NCBI RefSeq assembly: GCF_001194135.2
Contig: NC_068993.1
Span: 42,895,915 to 42,959,914 of the forward strand
Length of the DNA: 64,000 nt
Reading direction: 5' to 3'
Origin: Octopus bimaculoides
Taxonomy: Eukaryota
The position numbers and the translations under genes are program-made. Positions 23,739-37,205 of the stretch are shown here, piece after piece. Positions within the stretch are counted from its first letter, which is position 1. The number at the start of each line of letters is the position of its first letter. Under the pieces are notes generated by a model. It searched no databases and was not told the origin of the DNA. It saw only the letters and a program-made list of their open reading frames with translations.

Positions 23739-25392
23739 ATAGTATATTATGGTTGCATAACGAAATACTGCATTCTTACAAGTCATTAATATTTACGCAG
23801 CAGCTTCCAGGAATGTGTTTAATATGTAAAATTGGTATATCCAATAACGTTGTTCCGTTGTATTTAGTGGCTATTTAAGCAATGTGTTCGTGGATGATAA
23901 AGGGATTAGACGGGTGCTGATGAAAGGGCAAAATTTCCCGAAATATGGTATATACGTCCATTGTCCTTTTTTCGTCCATCTCATTGTTTGTTTACATCTG
24001 ACATCTAAGATACAAAACGTCTAAACAAAAATCAGTTCTATAGAGCATCTGTACAGATAACCTTAACAAGTGATGATATGAAATGGTTTGCTGGTGAGAA
24101 AAAAATAAACTTGGAGTAAATCATTACCACAGAACCTTGTCGGCAACAAAAAACACAATCTTCAAGTATATATAAATTCAGAAACGTGTCCTCATCATTC
24201 CTACATGAAATCAGGTTCAGAAGGGAAACATATTTTCCAAAAACAAGATGTAGAAATTAAGTGATTACAATTTACATTTAGAGTTTCTTCCAAAATTTTC
24301 CTGTCTGTGTTAAATATCTCTAAATAAATTGAAGAAATTTAATAATGGCGGCTACCGTTAATTTTTTTTTTTTTTTGTGAAAATGACCGTGTAAATAAAG
24401 ATCAAATCTAGATTTGAGTTTATTTTCTCTCTTTCTTTCAGAGTCATAGTCCTGCTTAACAAAGTTCAATAACTGAAAAGAAAAACGGAGGAGATTGGAT
24501 GGAATCCATAAAACATAGACCTGCATCTAACCAATAGAAGTACTTCTATTCTTTTTTTGTTTTCTTTTCGTTTTTTATTTGTTTTTGTGTTTTACTTGCT
24601 CTCCCAGTATATTTCTATACATTTGAAAATATTTTTACAATTTAATATTACTCTTTCTCTATTCGATTATATATTTCAACCTGGTTTGAAAAAATATTCG
24701 TGGTTGAAAGTGTTGCGTTTCATATTCATATTTTATATTTTAATATTTATATTTTAAAATATTTGTTCATTTAAATTACACCTCTCTCCCAGAATTTTGC
24801 CTATAATAGAAACACTTAAACCAATAATCTGTAGAACTACTTGCTATATTTTTCAATGGTTCTATTTAAACTGAATTTATAAGTCTTCAACCAATATGCT
24901 CTGCTGTTAATGTTCTTAAATAAGTTTTCACCTGTTACATCAGAGTTACTTTATTACCATTCTGTTAGCCATTTCAATGTCTTTTTCTAGTCAATGAACA
25001 GAATAAAAATTCGACTTAATTGAACAAAATCAAAACTATTTATCCTTGCCAGTAAAAGTTGTGTATTTGAATTCCATTAGTCATAATATTTAAGTGATAC
25101 GAATCATTACTTTGATTTATACAACCTTAAAGTAGTGGCGGAGTGACCAACGCATTATCCCTCTTAACATCCATTTAAATATATCAATTTACATTTTCGT
25201 ATTGCAAAATAAATAAATGATATTCGATTTTATATTTTATTTTCGTTTTTTGTTGCTTTTTGTCATTTTTGTTGTTCTTTTATAATTTCAGCAACGTGAC
25301 TGATATACTCAATGATGGAATTTGTTGAAAAGAAGTAAATGTCTAAATCTCACCTCATTATTTTTAAGTCGTGTTATAGGTCTAATATACAA

Positions 25393-25429
<37 letters not shown>

Positions 25430-25618
25430 CCAGGATTGATTGAAAATACTTGAGCCCAATGTATATCACTAATGTCTGTAAATACCGAAAAAAGTCTAAC
25501 AAATTATTTTTATAGCGTGTTTTTATCTTTATGTCTTTCTGTTTCAGAAATGAAGTTTTGATTCTAGCTGTTTATATAAAGATTTCATTTCAGTCATGAA
25601 ACTTTAACAAAAGGTGGA

Positions 25619-26010
25619 ATTCTTCTCTATGGTGCCAAACTTTGGGACATGGAGAAGGAGTTTCATAACCATTTTTATGATACAAACCCTATGTTTTTCA
25701 TGAGGGCTCAAAAGAGTTCATGACGTGAGTACAAGACCAAAGAGGAGGTTTATGGACGCATTAAAACTCCTCTCTATTATAATTGCTCAGCGCATAGTAA
25801 GCTATGCTGCCCATTTCTGTCGGGCAGAAGAACAATCCTTAGCAGGTTTTATATTTTGGACATTTCTTCACCCTAATAGAGGGCGATGAAAACTCAGTTA
25901 TATTGATGTCGTTGGCAGAGACACACAACATGAAACTGAGGACAGTCCGGAGATAACGGGATCAGCAATGCTGGAACCGTTGTGAAACGTATCTTCGAGC
26001 TGTCCGTAGA
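25619..26010 (+). mobile_element. RTE/RTE-X LINE 3' coding fragment
   Basis: ILLYGAKLW...SS*REYKTKEEVYG, frameshift, IIAQRIVSYAAHFCRAE...HPNRGR*KLSYIDVVGRDT: the post-RT C-terminal region of RTE-type ORFs. Confidence 0.7.
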
Positions 26011-27599
26011 AGGTTTAAAAAACAAATTTCAGGAACAATAGTCGTCTGTTGACGTACAAGGTTGTAAACTTTTCCCATATCGAAGTTCGATAAGCAGAAA
26101 AAATCGTTTCATAGCTTACGGTTAGCAGCAGGGGTTGCTGTTTTTGCGAATATATATACATATGTAAATAGAGTGTAATGTGAAAGCATTCATTACGAAG
26201 GGTACATTATAAATAATTAAGATTATTTATGAATATATCAATGGCCAAACATGTTATCATAAGATATGAAGAAGAAAAATGTTTATAATTATGAACAAGT
26301 CACAATAATAACTAAGAGGGTTAAAAAAACCCTTACATGTTAAAAATAGCAGCCAAAACCGCTATAAAGTCATTATATCACTCGTATCATTTCTCCTCGC
26401 GATAAAAATTGTCTTCGGGCGATACGGCAAATTGAATCTACAACTTGAAAATAATTGGCTAATTCACTATTGCAATTTCGGCGCTAGGGACCACTTAAGG
26501 GACCCATTCACCTTGTCGGGGGAAATATTCCTATAGATAGAAATCAAAACAAGACCTTATCTTATGGCTAACATGAATCCCAACCGGCAATAGAAATGTT
26601 TTCAACTCTATCTACACAATCAAGTTTTGAATTCAAATGCCATGCTACAAAGACATCACAAAAAATATCACTCAGATTTTCAGGTTCCCGTTTGTCAGAC
26701 AGTTTTGGCTGAGAACTTTTGCACCTTGTTTCAAATTTATTTACTTACTCTGAGAATTCGTATTTTCGGTCGATGAAGAATTACGGTCCTTCTGTGTCTC
26801 TCCTACATGAACGTTTTCNNNNNNNNNNATATACATATGCATATTCATATACATATTTGCATGTGTTTATGTACATATGTATATACCTTATGGTAGTATG
26901 CATCATTTTAATGATAAACGCTAAATGTGATAAGAAAAATGTAAACGAGTGTTATAATTTCTTACTTTCGCTTAAGGGGCTGCAATTTTCTATACCCAAT
27001 TTTCTGTATTCTTTTAAACACGAAATAGTGAAAGCTACATTGGGCCCTGGTTAAATTCGAATTGCCACCGTAAGCAGGAAGAAACAACGTATGTCATGAA
27101 CGTAGTACAACAGACCGCCATCTTTCAATGTGTTAAATCATAGAAAACGATATATTCCTGCAGCATTTACTGTTCTCATTTTTACCATTTTTGATTGAAT
27201 ATAATCTTGACATAGTATGTCAATACTGATGAATTATGGATCATTTTACTATATTCGTATATGCTTTATTACATATCACTATCGATCTAAATGATGATAA
27301 ACTCAGCATGTAGTAAAATCGTATTTGTTGTCGTTGTTCTTTTTTTTTTTTTGGTGGTACTTTTTTCTTCTTTTTCTCAGAATACATTCAAGATGGATTT
27401 GAATAATAAGTTGCTCAGCTTTCTCAATAATTCCCAAGATACGAGATATCTTTCCCGTGTTTAATATCAAAACATTTTTCCATATACTTTTGGTGTGATG
27501 TTTTGTTTTTGATTTTTGATTTCTTTGTTTTCTTCTCAAACTAACACATATCATTGAACAAAATAAAAACTGCCAGAAATAAGTTCAGTCCGTTTCATA

Positions 27600-27788
27600 C
27601 ACATATGTAGCCCCCAACACACACATACACACACTTACCTTCATATATCCACGCATCCACATGCTCACATATATATACATGCTCGCACATATATATGCTC
27701 ACGCATATGTATACACATATATACGAATATATATATATGCATATAGACATACACACGCACACAGATATATACCTATATATTCATTTAT

Positions 27789-27845
<57 letters not shown>

Positions 27846-28050
27846 TATGTGTATGGATGGACGGATGGATGGATGTTTCTTTCTTTCTAAAAATACAGAG
27901 AAATAAAACCAATCTCTTGATATTTCAAGGGAATTCTAAATAGACTGATTTTCAGTCTATGTATTCGTACTGTGTGTAGTCTTATTTTTACGCACACACA
28001 CACACACTCACACGCACACACACACACACACACACATGCACATATGCAAC
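27600..28050. repeat. Compound (CA)/(TA)/(GT) microsatellite field
   Basis: Directly visible. Confidence 0.9.
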
Positions 28051-28847
28051 ACATACTCTCTCTCTTTCCCATTTTATTCTAATTAATCTTCTCTTTCCTT
28101 CCTACATTGCACAACTCGTTACTCCTATCCGTTTCTTTTTCTTTCTCTCCCTACCTTACGCATTCTTTGTTTTCCCTCTGTTGCCTACGCTAGATATGTC
28201 TTAATTTTATAAACTGTATTTGGTCTTAATCATTAACCACATCAGATCTTGCATTACTTTCTTGACCTAACCCACTAACTACGTATTATCGTCCATTCAT
28301 CATTTGTTTTGCTCAAGTATATTTTCTTCTTTCAGCACCATTCAAAACAAAACTCCATTTTCTTAACCTAACCCCTACCTGATTCGCATCCGTGATGTTA
28401 TTTGTTATTTAATTTATTTTGCACAATGCTTAATTGTTCAAAGCTACTAGACGTTTTTAACAGAAAGATTTGCATGCCGTTTAGAAAATTATTGTATATA
28501 GAAACATATTATAGATAAGTTTTGTTATATAATTGTGATTAAACTTTTTTCTTTTTCTGCGGTGTATTTTAAATTCATTTTATGTTAAGATAACGATTTC
28601 TTTCGACTGAGCTCAACACTACAACTTTATGGAAACAAACGTATACAACGTGGTCTCTAAGTAGTCACTCTACCTTCTAAAAATATAAGCTTAAATCACA
28701 GTGCAACTTCACAAAGAGGGAAGGATAAACTGACTAGTGTAATAAGGGATGCATTGAGTGAAATAGATTTAAAAGAAAAAGACTGGAATGCATTTGATCA
28801 TAAAGATCTGTTCGATCCGAGCTGAGTTGGGGAGAAAGGGCTAAACA

Positions 28848-28925
28848 ACAACACCAGTAACGACAATAACAACAGCAGCAACAACAATAACTACAGCAAC
28901 AATAATAACAACAGCAACAGTAACA
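28848..28925. repeat. Degenerate (CAA)n tract
   Basis: Directly visible. Confidence 0.9.
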
Positions 28926-29199
28926 TAAATTCTTCCGACAAGGAACAGCAACAGAAACTCATGAATTCATGAAAAATGACATAGACGAAGAGAGTCAAGT
29001 ATATTTATTATGGGGGATGTGTAATAGGAGTACGCCATACGCAGACCAGATAACATAACAATGAGTAAAAAGATGAGAAATTTATGATCACATAATCAGG
29101 TGAGTTATATAAACATATGTAATATGGATATTTATTCTGCTCTCGTACTTGTGTGAAGTTTTAAAACCAAACAAGCAAACATAATCAGGTGTTAATTTA

Positions 29200-31235
29200 C
29201 TTTAATCAGTCGTACATCTTTAATTATTGTTCCTTGATATGTAATCCTTCCTTATAGAGATGAGTGAACCAAAATTTGGCACCAAAGACTGAGCCGTTGG
29301 CACTTTCAGTATTCATCTGAGTTGCCTACCAATAAGGTAAGGTCAAAGTTGAGACTTATTGAAGTTAATTGCAGAAAACAATTGCTCACAGGTAAATGTC
29401 CTTCCGAACATTGACATAATATTGGAGATCAAATACTTATTCCTGGGATAATTACAAGAGAATATTCTGTAAACTACTTAACTTTGTCATGGAATTGACC
29501 GCTAAAATTCTTTCATTCATCAGTCTTTACAAAAAATACCTGTTCAAAGGTGAATGTCCTTCCAAACATTGACATAATCTTCGAGGCCAAACCTTTATTC
29601 TTGGGATAATTGCGACAGAAAACACTCTGCACTATTTAACTTTGTCTTTGGATTGACCTTTATGATTCTCAGATAATTCATGATCCTGTACATGATTCTG
29701 AACGTTGACATAATTTCTGAGGCCAAACACTTACTTCCGAAATAATTTGTCCCATGCCATTCATAAAATGTACCAAAATTGACATTTGGAAACTTATTCT
29801 TCAATACAGAATTTTACTGGAGCTCAATTACTTCTATCTGTTCTTGTACCATATTTATTTTAAAATAGAGGAAATTATTTCTCAATGTTTTTTAAAGCTG
29901 ACAAATCATTCCTGAAACACATTTATTAGCTTCGAAATCTTCTTATAGTATTTATTGTATTTCAATGATATAGCATGAAATACATTTGTGTGTTTCAGGT
30001 ATTTTAAGCTTAGAAATTGTGCGATATTACCATTTAATGGTTGTGCTCAAAATGGTTAAGTTTCATCTCATATACACGAAGTGTGTTGTAATATATTCGT
30101 CGCCATTTTATTGAGTAGTTGTAGCTTCGTATTCAAGTAATTTAAATGTTCTGTGATATCGATAATGAAAGCTATACTATGGAACCTAAATATTATCTTT
30201 CAGTTTCCGCATATCCATTGCTTTCTGTTGCATAAATATCTGTATTTCATATTGCAGTTCTTCAAATCACTGCAATACGACTCCCTGAGTCGTGTGACAC
30301 GGTAGTTGATGATTGTTATTGCTTTCCTACAAAACCTAACTGAACGGTCTCTGGCTCAAACTTCACACACATTTGAAGTTCAATATCTTTACCACATTCA
30401 TCATATTATTCATATTTAATATTTCACAGTACAACACTTTCCAATGTAATGATTCCATGAACAATATGATATGTTTAGCATCAACAGCTTTTAGTTTTTT
30501 TGTTTTTTTTTTCTTTAATGTTGTCGTTCCGGCAGCTTTGTTACCAGTAGTTTACGTTGTTCCATGTGTAGAACGGCACAATGTTTACGTCAAATCAACA
30601 CCTATCTTAAACGATCTCCATGCCGAACTCACATAGATATCATCTCCGGTTGATGGTCCCGTCGTTGATACTAGTTTTACCAGTTCTGTTGAAAACATAT
30701 TTTCGTCTACACCATGGATATGAACTGTAAACTGTATGCCACCTGTGTTACATCCGTTTGTGTTTTTTTTTTATATCAGAAAAGAAAATACTGTGAACTA
30801 CTTAACTTTGTCTTTGGGTTAATTATTGAGTTTCACTGAGAGTTCGTGAACTTTTCTGAAACTGTATTTCTTAAGAGGTTTATATCTTTGCAATTGTTTG
30901 ACGGTTTTTCGGGCAAATATTGTCTACGGCCATCAACGTGCGACGGCTTCCATGAAAATGGCTTCCATAACAGCGATTGCAAAAGTAATCATATTACTTA
31001 ATGCAATATACCTCCAACTCCTTATATTGTTCTTTATCCTACTATGTTTATCACACTTTAAAGAATGAGTGATTTCAGAATATCTTGGAATGTTTTTATT
31101 CTTTCAGAGAGGATACGAGTTGCGTACTAACCAAATGGGTTGGTTTTCCATTCACTTCAACTAAAAAGTACGGGATTTTCCACTTTTCTGTACCACACGA
31201 CGCACCTTATCAACTGCTCTCCCCTTAAAAAGCAT
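29200..31235 (-). pseudogene. Near full-length hAT (SPIN/Charlie/GTF2IRD2-like) transposase pseudogene
   Basis: Colinear minus-strand blocks: YFLVEVNGKP; KDKVK*FTVFS; IHGVDENMFSTELVKLV..TGDDIYVS; LPCHTTQGVVLQ*FEELQYEIQIFM; IAFIIDITEHLNYLNTKLQ; IMSMFGRTFTCEQLFSAINFNKS..ILKVPTAQSLVP (hATC dimerisation domain). Many stops and frameshifts; TIRs not found. Confidence 0.85.
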
Positions 31236-33489
31236 GAAGTGGTTAATAGGTATTATCTTGAATATATGTAACACCCCAAAGCTTCCAAAGAAAAATGCAA
31301 TACGTTTTATATAATTCTTCTCTTTTTAATAATTTGTTTCCTTACATTTGTTTCGATAAGCAGCTGCTAATCCCTACAAGATATTATACCAAGAGTTGAT
31401 GCTACTGTGGCCGCAATCAATAGTATTACATCTCTACGAACACGACGCTTCCAACGGTCACAACGAAGGTGACGTAATTATGAACACAAAGTTTCGTGTT
31501 CTTCCCTCTCTTTAGCAGATTGCTTTCGCTGGCATGTTATTAGGTGATTTAGCTTAATCTTAACTTTGGTTAATGCTACGTAAATCGAAATAGAAATGGA
31601 AAAGCATGAATAATCTTCTTAGATTTTTTTAAAACTTGTATTAGTTTTTTTTTTTCCTTTTCTTTAATAATGCATTATAAAGCACAAAAATGGCTGAAGC
31701 AATAAATGTGTTGCAGGCTACATGATGTAAGAAGACGGCGAGTCATATGGCAAAAGGTTTTCGTTCAACATGAAGCTCTCAGGCCACGTGTTTCACACCC
31801 CTGAAGTAAATGATTTAATGAATACCATAATGTTATTTTTTAAAGCCTGGAGACGAAAAAGCAAAATCGAAAGCCATAAGTCAACACCAGGTTAAACTTG
31901 AACAAAGAAAATACGCAAAGAGATCAAATGTAATAATCTAGAGCTTCATCATTCCAACTAATTCACACCTTTTTACCGTTTTATTGTCTTTCTAATTTCA
32001 AACATTTATTTCTGTTCTGCCTTCAAACTATAAATTATAAAAAGAATTCGGCTTCGCAAAAAACATTACGTATACTGAACAAAGATTTCTTTTTAGTTTA
32101 AATGATTAATTTATTAATTGAGATAAAGTCTATTTTACTAATTATGTCATAATATAATCTTATTGATCGTAATATAAGTAATTGCTTCTCCTATATATAC
32201 ATTCCTAAATGTTTTTATCTATTTTCATCTTCATCTCAGTGTGGTTGCTATATAAGATGTCCTGAGTATGTCAAAAGAACTGCTTATTTATCGTTCTTTA
32301 AAGAGATCAAGTTTATAATCTTGCAGCAGAAATATAAAGGAATAAAAAATATCTTTATTAATACGTGTTAGTTAGTGAGCACAATGTTTATTTAAAGTTC
32401 CTATATCATAGATATCTTGACAAGTAGCCAACGATCATAATATATATGTATATATATATATATATACATATNNNNNNNNNNNNNNNNNNNNNNNNNNNNN
32501 NNNNNNNNNNNNNNNNNNNNNNNNNNNNNNNNNNNNNNNNNNNNNNNNNNNNNNNNNNNNNNNNNNNNNNNNNNNNNNNNNNNNNNNNNNNNNNNNNNNN
32601 NNNNNNNNNNNNNNNNNNNNNNNNNNNNNNNNNNNNNNNNNNNNNNNNNNNNNNNNNNNNNNNNNNNNNNNNNNNNNNNNNNNNNNNNNNNNNNNNNNNN
32701 NNNNNNNNNNNNNNNNNNNNNNNNNNNNNNNNNNNNNNNNNNNNNNNNNNNNNNNNNNNNNNNNNNNNNNNNNNNNNNNNNNNNNNNNNNNNNNNNNNNN
32801 NNNNNNNNNNNNNNNNNNNNNNNNNNNNNNNNNNNNNNNNNNNNNNNNNNNNNNNNNNNNNNNNNNNNNNNNNNNNNNNNNNNNNNNNNNNNNNNNNNNN
32901 NNNNNNNNNNNNNNNNNNNNNNNNNNNNNNNNNNNNNNNNNNNNNNNNNNNNNNNNNNNNNNNNNNNNNNNNNNNNNNNNNNNNNNNNNNNNNNNNNNNN
33001 NNNNNNNNNNNNNNNNNNNNNNNNNNNNNNNNNNNNNNNNNNNNNNNNNNNNNNNNNNNNNNNNNNNNNNNNNNNNNNNNNNNNNNNNNNNNNNNNNNNN
33101 NNNNNNNNNNNNNNNNNNNNNNNNNNNNNNNNNNNNNNNNNNNNNNNNNNNNNNNNNNNNNNNNNNNNNNNNNNNNNNNNNNNNNNNNNNNNNNNNNNNN
33201 NNNNNNNNNNNNNNNNNNNNNNNNNNNNNNNNNNNNNNNNNNNNNNNNNNNNNNNNNNNNNNNNNNNNNNNNNNNNNNNNNNNNNNNNNNNNNNNNNNNN
33301 NNNNNNNNNNNNNNNNNNNNNNNNNNNNNNNNNNNNNNNNNNNNNNNNNNNNNNNNNNNNNNNNNNNNNNNNNNNNNNNNNNNNNNNNNNNNNNNNNNNN
33401 NNNNNNNNGGGGGAAAATTATTTAAAATTTCTGTGACTGTTTCAATAATTTCAATTACACGAATTTCTATGATACACTTGTTTCTTTGT

Positions 33490-33514
33490 CACTACCGCTT
33501 TTCTGCTCTCTTTC

Positions 33515-33553
<39 letters not shown>

Positions 33554-33633
33554 CATTCGTTTATCTCCACCTCTCTATGCCATCTCTCACGTACTCTTTT
33601 TCTCTCCCCCCTCTCTCTCCCACTCTTTCTCTC

Positions 33634-33710
<77 letters not shown>
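33490..33710. repeat. (CTTT)n/(CT)n/(CA)n field
   Basis: Directly visible. Confidence 0.95.
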
Positions 33711-33711
<1 letters not shown>

Positions 33712-34403
33712 TAGGCATGTGTTTTCCTTGTACATTTCTCGTTCCATAGATTGTTTGCTCTTTATATCTCCAATCTCATTCTCTCCCTCACTCTATCTCT
33801 GCCAGCACCTTTCACTCTCTCTCTCTCTCTTTCTTTCTCTTTTTCTCTCTCCCTTTCTGTCACTCACTCCCTCCCTATCTAACCAATAATTTATGGCGCC
33901 TTCAAGTTTTCTTCTGAAAACAACTCTCTGAACAAAATTGTGTTCAAAGTTCAAATAAATATTTTTTTTATCAGCAGAGAGCAAGCTGGCACTTAAATGG
34001 GTGATTATAGCTAAAATAACTGCATTATGAGAATATCATTAGGCATTTTTTTTTTCAAAAAATAAAAAAATTACTGATGCTAATATATTGATAAAAGAAA
34101 TAATGAGGACCATCTGATAATGTTTACTAAGACTGGTTTTATTGCTTTTAGAGTCATTGAATGTACTTTTGTTTATGCAAAATATTATCGAGTCTAATTA
34201 TGTGAAAGTTCAATATGTTTCTTTACTGTTTTATCAAGTATTTCTTATATCTAATACTTTCTTTATCCTTATAACTTCAACTAAATATTTATATCACATT
34301 TTACTAGCTTTCTCTTACGTTAATACAAGCGAGCAGCACCGCAGCATATCTGTCGTTAAGTCATTCACTGAAGAGATAGCTTTTAAAAGTAGCGTGTAAG
34401 ATA

Positions 34404-34580
34404 AATGCAGCTTCGTGGTTAAGAAGCTTGCTCTATAACAATGAGTGTTCTGGGTCAGTCCCACTGCATGGTAGTTTGGGCAATTGTTTCCTACTATAGC
34501 TCGAGCACCGACCAATGTCTAGTGAATGAACTTTGATAGAGTGAGAAACTGTGTGAAGACTCATGTGTGTGTGTGTGTTT

Positions 34581-34631
<51 letters not shown>

Positions 34632-34815
34632 TCTATTTATTCCCGCTCGCCAGCTAGTGCTGGCTTGTTTATAGCCCTACAACCTAGCGGATCGGCAAAA
34701 GAGACTGCTGGAATAAATAAAAAACAAAGTACTGGGATCAAATTGGTAGACTAAGCGTTGCAAGGCAATGCCCCCTTGCCAGTCCGAAGTCCAATGGCTG
34801 ACACAAATAAAGGAT
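34404..34815 (+). mobile_element. SINE family B with internal (GT)n
   Basis: Head gtggttaagaagcttgctc...cagtcccactgcatgg; internal microsatellite; tail match. Confidence 0.8.
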
Positions 34816-35074
34816 TAGAGGAGAAAAAAGACAGAGATTCTAAGTTAACACTAAACAGGCATGGGTATGTGATAAAGGATATAGATTTGCAGCCACGTGT
34901 TGCCACGCTCGATCCCACCGCGCAGCACATTAGGAAAGGAAAGTGTAATTAAGGAAAGTGTAGTTAAAAAATAAATACCATATGAATGAAATTGTGTCAC
35001 AGAAACGGTGCGGAAACTCATTACGTGTGTATGTATGTTTATGCGCATGTATATGTATGCGCGCGCATGTGTGA

Positions 35075-35113
<39 letters not shown>

Positions 35114-35888
35114 TGTGTGTTGTCTGATATAAACAGCTAGAAACCCGAAAAGTCGTTGCTTTCTGAATGAAGTTCCTTGGTGTTATTTGCTCTGCACCGA
35201 AGTACACACGCTCCCATTAGCAATGGCACTGTCAGAAATACAATAAACCAGTTATTGGGCAGCTGGATACCAGCAACCAAAGACGCCCTTGTTCAGCAAT
35301 TATGATACCATAAATATGTCGTAGATGTCTTGCAAACAACTCGCACACGCAAGTGCTAGCAATCGAGAACTCCGCATACCGGAAGCCAGCAAGTGTAGGG
35401 GGTCATCAAGAGAGAATGCGTGACGTTTCGGGTCCTACCTCTCGACAGCATCAATGCGCACCGGCCCCCCTCACTAATATGAGGCCCCGCTTGCTATATC
35501 AACTGGTTACAAAAAAAAAAGCTCAATATTTCTCTAGCCATCGCTCATCGTCTCTTTTTAACCAAATCCAGTGGCTAGCCTTCTTCACTGTAGTTTGGAT
35601 ATCACTCATGGTGGTATTTAAACTTCTTTAGATATCACTGAATCATATTTGTTATTTTCAACTGGATATTAGCAGTGATTGCATCAAGAAATACATAACT
35701 TTTCACTGCTGTGATGCGAAGTCCTTAAGCGCAAAACTGTAGCTACGCTCACTGCTTATCTGCACATTACTTAGTTGTTCTTTGTCAATGAATGACCTAC
35801 CAACATTTCTAGTGTTCTTCATTCAAGCCAAGAAAATTAGTAAAATGAGTAAAATGTGATACTGATATTATTTTGGCCAAGTGGACTT

Positions 35889-36110
35889 TAAAAGGGGTGC
35901 TGAAAACTTCCTGGCTTTTGGTTCAAAGAAAATACAGGAGGATCAGTTAAATATGATTTTATTCAAGATATTCACCTCTAAGATTCACACAATTATTGCA
36001 GCGATCCTTCAGATTTTCTAAGCCCTGTAAAAGAAATAGGAAGTTTGAGCCTACAACCTAGCCTTCTACAATACCCTTAATACGAAGAACTTTTCAGCTT
36101 CTCCCTCGTA
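35889..36110. mobile_element. Mariner-derived MITE
   Basis: Imperfect TIRs aggggtgctgaaaacttcctggcttt and taatacgaagaacttttcagcttctccctcg, TA at both ends, about 220 bp non-coding. Confidence 0.7.
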
Positions 36111-36490
36111 TGCATGTCCGGCTCACTAGCCGACCACACTCGATCTCCAATCGCTAACATGGCCACATCAGATGCAGCGTAATTTTTTGGTACATTCAAA
36201 ACTTTTTAAATGCACTGGCAAATATGGCGATTGACGTTATATCTGTGTTCAGCTGTTTAGAAATAAAGCAACAAAAGTGAGCAACACTCTTGTTATTTGG
36301 CTATAAACTTAAATACATTAGCCTTTGTACGCTATACAGTCTTTCATAATATACAAACAATAGATTCTTTTGAATATATTGTTTCAAAAACTTATTCAAA
36401 CTATGGAAAAAACTGGAAGCCATACTCGAATAAATACCTTTATCAAAACTTAGAGTCAATATAATACATAGGTTTGTGTCGGTATGAGTG

Positions 36491-36537
<47 letters not shown>

Positions 36538-36948
36538 TTGTGTGTGTGTGTGTGTGTGCGTGTGCGTGTGTGTGTCTGTGTATAGTTAATCGCAGTCGCA
36601 CATGTATATCTTCTGAGTTTACTCCTTAAGGAAGCTTTTGAGCATTGTACTTCTTCAACTAGTCAACTAATTGGAATTGTTTGAGGATACAATTGTAATA
36701 TTACTGCTGAATACCGGAAGAAATTCATTGCAGATGGAGTGTACTTAACAAAGCTTTATTAGGAAAGCAGATGCCATTTGCGTGTAAGCAGGTATGTGTG
36801 TGTGTGTGTGTGTGCATGAGTGTCTGGCCTTAAGTGCGTGGTTGAGGATATCCACCGCCCTCTCTATTTCCATCTCTCGGTCGCTCTCTCTTTCTCTTTC
36901 ACCCATTCTGTATCTATCCGTCTATCTCTCTATCTATTTATCTATCTA

Positions 36949-36979
<31 letters not shown>

Positions 36980-37165
36980 GTGTGTATGTATAATGTACGT
37001 ATGTAAATTCCTTTGTATAATGTTTCATTATGCCGTTTGTGATTCGTCCATAGAATTGTACGTTCTTATCTACTAATTCACTTGAGAAGTAAGAGTAGAA
37101 ATCAATACAGTCCAGGGAGCTCAACGACTCTATGGATGCTGAATTTGGGATGAAACACACACACA

Positions 37166-37205
<40 letters not shown>

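Noticed and set aside
22330-26802. Phase-compatible minus-strand exon chain 49539-49629, 26749-26802, 22330-22364, 18324-18418
   Set aside because: Most pieces have two open frames, so compatibility is expected by chance; the joined peptide resembles nothing I know.
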